This document shows positions 60,370-64,000 of a DNA stretch of 64,000 nucleotides, piece by piece; the stretch's first letter is position 1, and every line of letters starts with the position of its first letter. The notes beneath the pieces are model-generated. The model ran no database searches. It had not been told where the DNA came from and saw only the letters and a list, made by a program, of their open reading frames with translations. Source of the DNA: Candidatus Cloacimonadales bacterium (GTDB taxonomy: Bacteria > Cloacimonadota > Cloacimonadia > Cloacimonadales > JAFGVF01). The DNA lies in the NCBI GenBank assembly GCA_963663475.2, contig CAXXJV010000001.1:416001-480000 (forward strand), given 5' to 3'. The translations under genes and the position numbers were made by a program.

Positions 60370-61223
60370 TGAAGAATATTTTGGAAATAAAGGATCTTGT
60401 TAAGAAATTTAAATACTTTCAATTAGGTCAAATTTCGCTGAGTTTAGAGGAAGGTTCAATACTTGGGATTGTAGGACCAAATGGTGCTGGGAAAACCACA
60501 TTAATCAAGTCTATTTTAGGATTAGTAGTAAAAGATTCAGGCACTATTAAAGTTTTTGATAAATATCTGGATAAATCTGGAGTTGAAATCAGAGATAGGA
60601 TTGGTTTTGTAAATAATGAAATGATTATGAGGGGTATTGTTAGTCCTAAATCACTAGGAAAGATATATGGAAAATTCTATAGTAAATGGAATCAAAAAGT
60701 ATATGATGACTATTTAGCGAGATTTGATATTATCCCATCTAAAAGCATATCCAAACTCTCACAAGGTATGCAAATGAAGACTTCTCTAGCCTTTGCTTTA
60801 TCACATGATGCTGACTTATTAATCTTAGACGAACCTACGGCAGGTTTAGACCCAATCTTTAGAGAGGAAATTATTGATATCCTTCTAGAAGAATTAGAAG
60901 ATACAGCTAAATCTATCATCATTTCCTCCCACATCACCTCTGATTTAGACAAGTGTGCAGATTATTTGCTGGTTATGAACAAGGGTAAAATCCTTCTTCA
61001 TGGTGGTAAAGACGAGATTATTGAAAATCACCGTTTAGTAAAAGGGGATAAGGCTGATTTAAACGAGACTAGCCAAGAGCTCTTTGTTAATTATAGAGAG
61101 AATAAGTATGGCTTCGAAGGCTTGACTAAAGATTTGAGTAATCTCAAGAAAACTGTTTCTAGTGGTTATGTAATAGAGAGGCCACGCGTAGAAGACATAA
61201 TGTATTATTATTGCAAGAAGTAG
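60369..61223 (+). CDS. ABC transporter ATP-binding protein
   Basis: GPNGAGKT, LSQG, LDEPT, SSH. Confidence 0.95.
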   Translation: MKNILEIKDLVKKFKYFQLGQISLSLEEGSILGIVGPNGAGKTTLIKSILGLVVKDSGTIKVFDKYLDKSGVEIRDRIGFVNNEMIMRGIVSPKSLGKIYGKFYSKWNQKVYDDYLARFDIIPSKSISKLSQGMQMKTSLAFALSHDADLLILDEPTAGLDPIFREEIIDILLEELEDTAKSIIISSHITSDLDKCADYLLVMNKGKILLHGGKDEIIENHRLVKGDKADLNETSQELFVNYRENKYGFEGLTKDLSNLKKTVSSGYVIERPRVEDIMYYYCKK

Positions 61224-61229
61224 GTAGCT

Positions 61230-61820
61230 ATGAAAAATATGATATTAAAGTACTTTCGTAAACAGGCTACTCTTTTATTCTCTTTATTTGTTTTACCTGC
61301 CGTCTTTATTTTGATTGGGAACACCAATTTAGTTTTTCTGGCTTACATTAGCTTGACTTTTGCCTATATTTTTATGCTTGATGATTTTTCCTATTCGCTT
61401 GCTCTTCCCATAAGTCGTAAGGATATAGTTATTGCCAATTATCTTGCCTATCTTATCTTGGGGGTAATAATTGTCTTTTACATGGCAGGATTATTATTTA
61501 CAGCTTCTAAGTTCTTTAATTTGGCAACAGACCAATCACTATCGCTACTAGGAATCTTATACACGTTTAATATTCTGGCTATATTTTCAATAATTATACC
61601 ACTCTCAATCATCTCAAAATATAATCATTTTGTCTCAAGAATAGCCTTTTTACCTGGTGTTTTGGGTTATCTTTTAATGCTTCCTATCTTGAATTACTTT
61701 GAATACTTAGCGAAAATTAATATTCTCTATCACCTAATTTTCACTCTCTTATTAACTAGTTCTCTTGCTTATTGTGGTATTAAAATTTCACTTAAAAAAA
61801 TAGAATCAATTGATTTTTAA
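61230..61820 (+). CDS. ABC-2 type permease
   Basis: About 6 TMs, LPISRKDIV motif. Confidence 0.8.
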   Translation: MKNMILKYFRKQATLLFSLFVLPAVFILIGNTNLVFLAYISLTFAYIFMLDDFSYSLALPISRKDIVIANYLAYLILGVIIVFYMAGLLFTASKFFNLATDQSLSLLGILYTFNILAIFSIIIPLSIISKYNHFVSRIAFLPGVLGYLLMLPILNYFEYLAKINILYHLIFTLLLTSSLAYCGIKISLKKIESIDF

Positions 61821-61829
61821 GGAGCTACT

Positions 61830-62432
61830 ATGTTGTTGAAATTGTATAAATATTATCTCTACCAAAGCAGATTCATTAGTTTTGGAGCTTTACTAGCTGC
61901 CTCAATTTATTCTCTATTAATCCTGGAGATGGAAGTAACCACCACAGTATTGATTATATCAGCTTTTGTTACTAGTTATTATATCTCACAAACCCATGCT
62001 TGTCACAAAGCCTTACTAATGCTACCTCTTTCTAGAAATAAAACTATCTTAGCTGATTACTTAGCCTTGATTAGCAATTTACTTATTAGTAATTCTGTTT
62101 TTTTACTAATATTTTATTGTCTCAAGTTTATGCTAAATAATCCAAAATTACATAGCCCTCTTTCTTATCTACTAATTAACATAGGAGCAAGCATAACTGT
62201 TTCTCTAATAGCAAAATCCTGCCATGATTATTTTAGGAAATTTGGAGGAATTGGACACATTGTTACAATCATAATTGCCATTCTTTTATTTTTTGGATTA
62301 GTAATAGCTTCTTTGTATGTAGTTAAGTTGGCTAGTCCCTTATTTATCTATCTCAACTACGCTATTTATTTATTTTTGATATTTGCATTATTTCTTGTAA
62401 CCAAGAGCTACTTTGCCCGTTTAGACTTTTAG
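61830..62432 (+). CDS. ABC-2 type permease
   Basis: About 6 TMs, LPLSRNKTI motif. Confidence 0.75.
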   Translation: MLLKLYKYYLYQSRFISFGALLAASIYSLLILEMEVTTTVLIISAFVTSYYISQTHACHKALLMLPLSRNKTILADYLALISNLLISNSVFLLIFYCLKFMLNNPKLHSPLSYLLINIGASITVSLIAKSCHDYFRKFGGIGHIVTIIIAILLFFGLVIASLYVVKLASPLFIYLNYAIYLFLIFALFLVTKSYFARLDF

Positions 62433-62465
62433 AACACAGTAATGTATCCTCTCACTACCTAAATT

Positions 62466-62496
62466 GACCGATCTTATTACAGAGATCGGTCTTTTT
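62466..62496 (+). terminator. Terminator of the GntR-ABC operon
   Basis: GACCGATCT/AGATCGGTC stem plus T-run. Confidence 0.85.
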
Positions 62497-62577
62497 AACT
62501 TTATAAGACAAAGTTGTGCCATACCATATAAGTGGACTAGTAAATATTACGTCCTTCCACTAGGCATAATTTAGAAT

Positions 62578-64000
62578 CTATTTTAACAGAATCATCTTTC
62601 TTGATTTAGAAAAAGAACCATTTTTCATACGATAAAGATAGACACCTGAAGCCACATTTTCTCCCTGGTCATTTTTACCCTTCCAGACTATGCTATGCCT
62701 TCCTTGTCCATATATATTTTCAGTTAAAGTCTTAACTTTCCTTCCCTTGATATCATAAATTTCAATAAGAACAGGACTTTGCTTTTCAACATAAAAACTA
62801 ATGGTTGTCTGAGGGTTAAAAGGATTTGGATAGTTTTGCTGGAGTTGAGAAAGAAGTGGCGCTACAGGATTATCATCATTAGAGACACTTGTAATTTCTG
62901 CTGTTAAAGGTATTTCAATTAAGGCATTTTCTGGGTCATTAGTATGAACTCTAATATTTGCGTGATATTGACCACTAGGAACTTGGTATTGGGGAACACT
63001 AAGGGTGATAGTTTCAGGATTATTCTCACTAACTACACCCTGCCATTTATCAAGCTGAACCCAAGGTGCATTATAAGATATTTTTATTGCCTGGTAAGAA
63101 GATAAATAGTTGCCGTTGTAGATTACTTGAAGTCCATCACTTGCATCTGCATTTTCTATACCAATAGTAGCACTATATAAGTTACCATCCATCAAGTCAT
63201 AATAGAAATAGATATCTCCATTATCATAGAGGTGGGCTTGGAAGTTAAGGTTTCCAGAACCATTAAAGAAAGGGAAATTTGAATATTGGACTATAAATCT
63301 ATTATTCTCTTGATCATGATAGTAATAAAAATCTGCACTTGACCCATTCAAATCATCCCAGAAGATAGCAATTAAATCATTGGGTTGGAAGGGTGAAGGA
63401 ATAGGATCATTACTATAATCTACCCCATCTTCCCCGAAGGTAATATAACCATTAGTAGATACTCTTGCCTGATGCTTTATTTGACCATAAAATGGGAAAG
63501 CAAAAGGTAAATCTAAATCCACAAAATCATCAGTACTCAAAAAGTTAACATAAGTTCCAAGGTCACTAATATCAAACCAAACATAGTCTAAATTTGTCTG
63601 CTCACTATCATGCCATGAGTAGCCATATAAGTCTGGTCCTCCAGAATTTCTTTCTGTTTCAAATACTTCAATCCAGTATTCAAGATCTTGCTGGCCTAGA
63701 TTATTTAACTCAAAAGAAATCTCTCCATCTCCATTATAAGAGTCAATTTCTAAAGCTGTAGGATAATCAATAGCTGGGAAAGTATAATTATTTATTGAGA
63801 CGGGTATTGAGATATTAGGGTTGTTAGGGTCATTTGTTTCAAACTCAATCTCACCCTCATAAAATCCAGACTGGTCATTTTCAAATTCAACTTCTAACAT
63901 TAAGATATTGCCTAAATCTAGCACCATATCGCCAGTATTAACAATATTAAAAGCTGGATTAGTTGATAGAATATTAGATATTTCTAGTGGATTATTTCCT
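62578..64000 (-). CDS. Large secreted protein (5'-truncated): Ig-like + nidogen-like domains + FlgD/T9SS-like C-terminal sorting domain
   Basis: Frame is open from 63927 to the window end (GNNPLEISNILSTNPAF...); GGPDLYGY, LPFAFPFYG, STNGY, IAIFWDDL; QNYPNPFNPQTTISF...SGVYLY...KMILLK. Confidence 0.88.
   Translation of the reverse strand, partial: GNNPLEISNILSTNPAFNIVNTGDMVLDLGNILMLEVEFENDQSGFYEGEIEFETNDPNNPNISIPVSINNYTFPAIDYPTALEIDSYNGDGEISFELNNLGQQDLEYWIEVFETERNSGGPDLYGYSWHDSEQTNLDYVWFDISDLGTYVNFLSTDDFVDLDLPFAFPFYGQIKHQARVSTNGYITFGEDGVDYSNDPIPSPFQPNDLIAIFWDDLNGSSADFYYYHDQENNRFIVQYSNFPFFNGSGNLNFQAHLYDNGDIYFYYDLMDGNLYSATIGIENADASDGLQVIYNGNYLSSYQAIKISYNAPWVQLDKWQGVVSENNPETITLSVPQYQVPSGQYHANIRVHTNDPENALIEIPLTAEITSVSNDDNPVAPLLSQLQQNYPNPFNPQTTISFYVEKQSPVLIEIYDIKGRKVKTLTENIYGQGRHSIVWKGKNDQGENVASGVYLYRMKNGSFSKSRKMILLK

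Overview
AT-rich chromosomal window from a Gram-negative bacterium. The 'QNYPNPFNPQTTISF...FlgD/T9SS-like' C-terminal sorting domain, GWxTD proteins and general gene set suggest Cloacimonadota or another FCB-group relative (inference). Most of it is housekeeping: dnaE, prmC, recG, purC, mazG, nnr, nadC, pabABC, uracil permease, tricorn-like protease, RND and ABC exporters, tRNA-Val(GAC) and RNase P RNA. Four things stand out. (1) An ~11 kb minus-strand operon (1-11108) resembling the core of the Myxococcus Agl-Glt envelope motor: YjbH-like outer-membrane barrel, a 2147-aa TPR protein that looks like a GltC+GltD fusion, GltF-like small protein, ExbB/AglR, two ExbD-like subunits (one lacking the catalytic Asp) and an unlisted GltG/PglI-like TonB protein. 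(2) An unlisted 28-aa leader ORF with an anti-Shine-Dalgarno hairpin upstream of ornithine decarboxylase, suggesting attenuation with no visible similarity to SpeFL. (3) A promoter-led, structured orphan intergenic segment at ~26.86-27.06 kb (candidate ncRNA). (4) Several families of MITE/REP-like palindromic repeats clustered in mosaics. All family assignments come from visual motif recognition; no searches were run.
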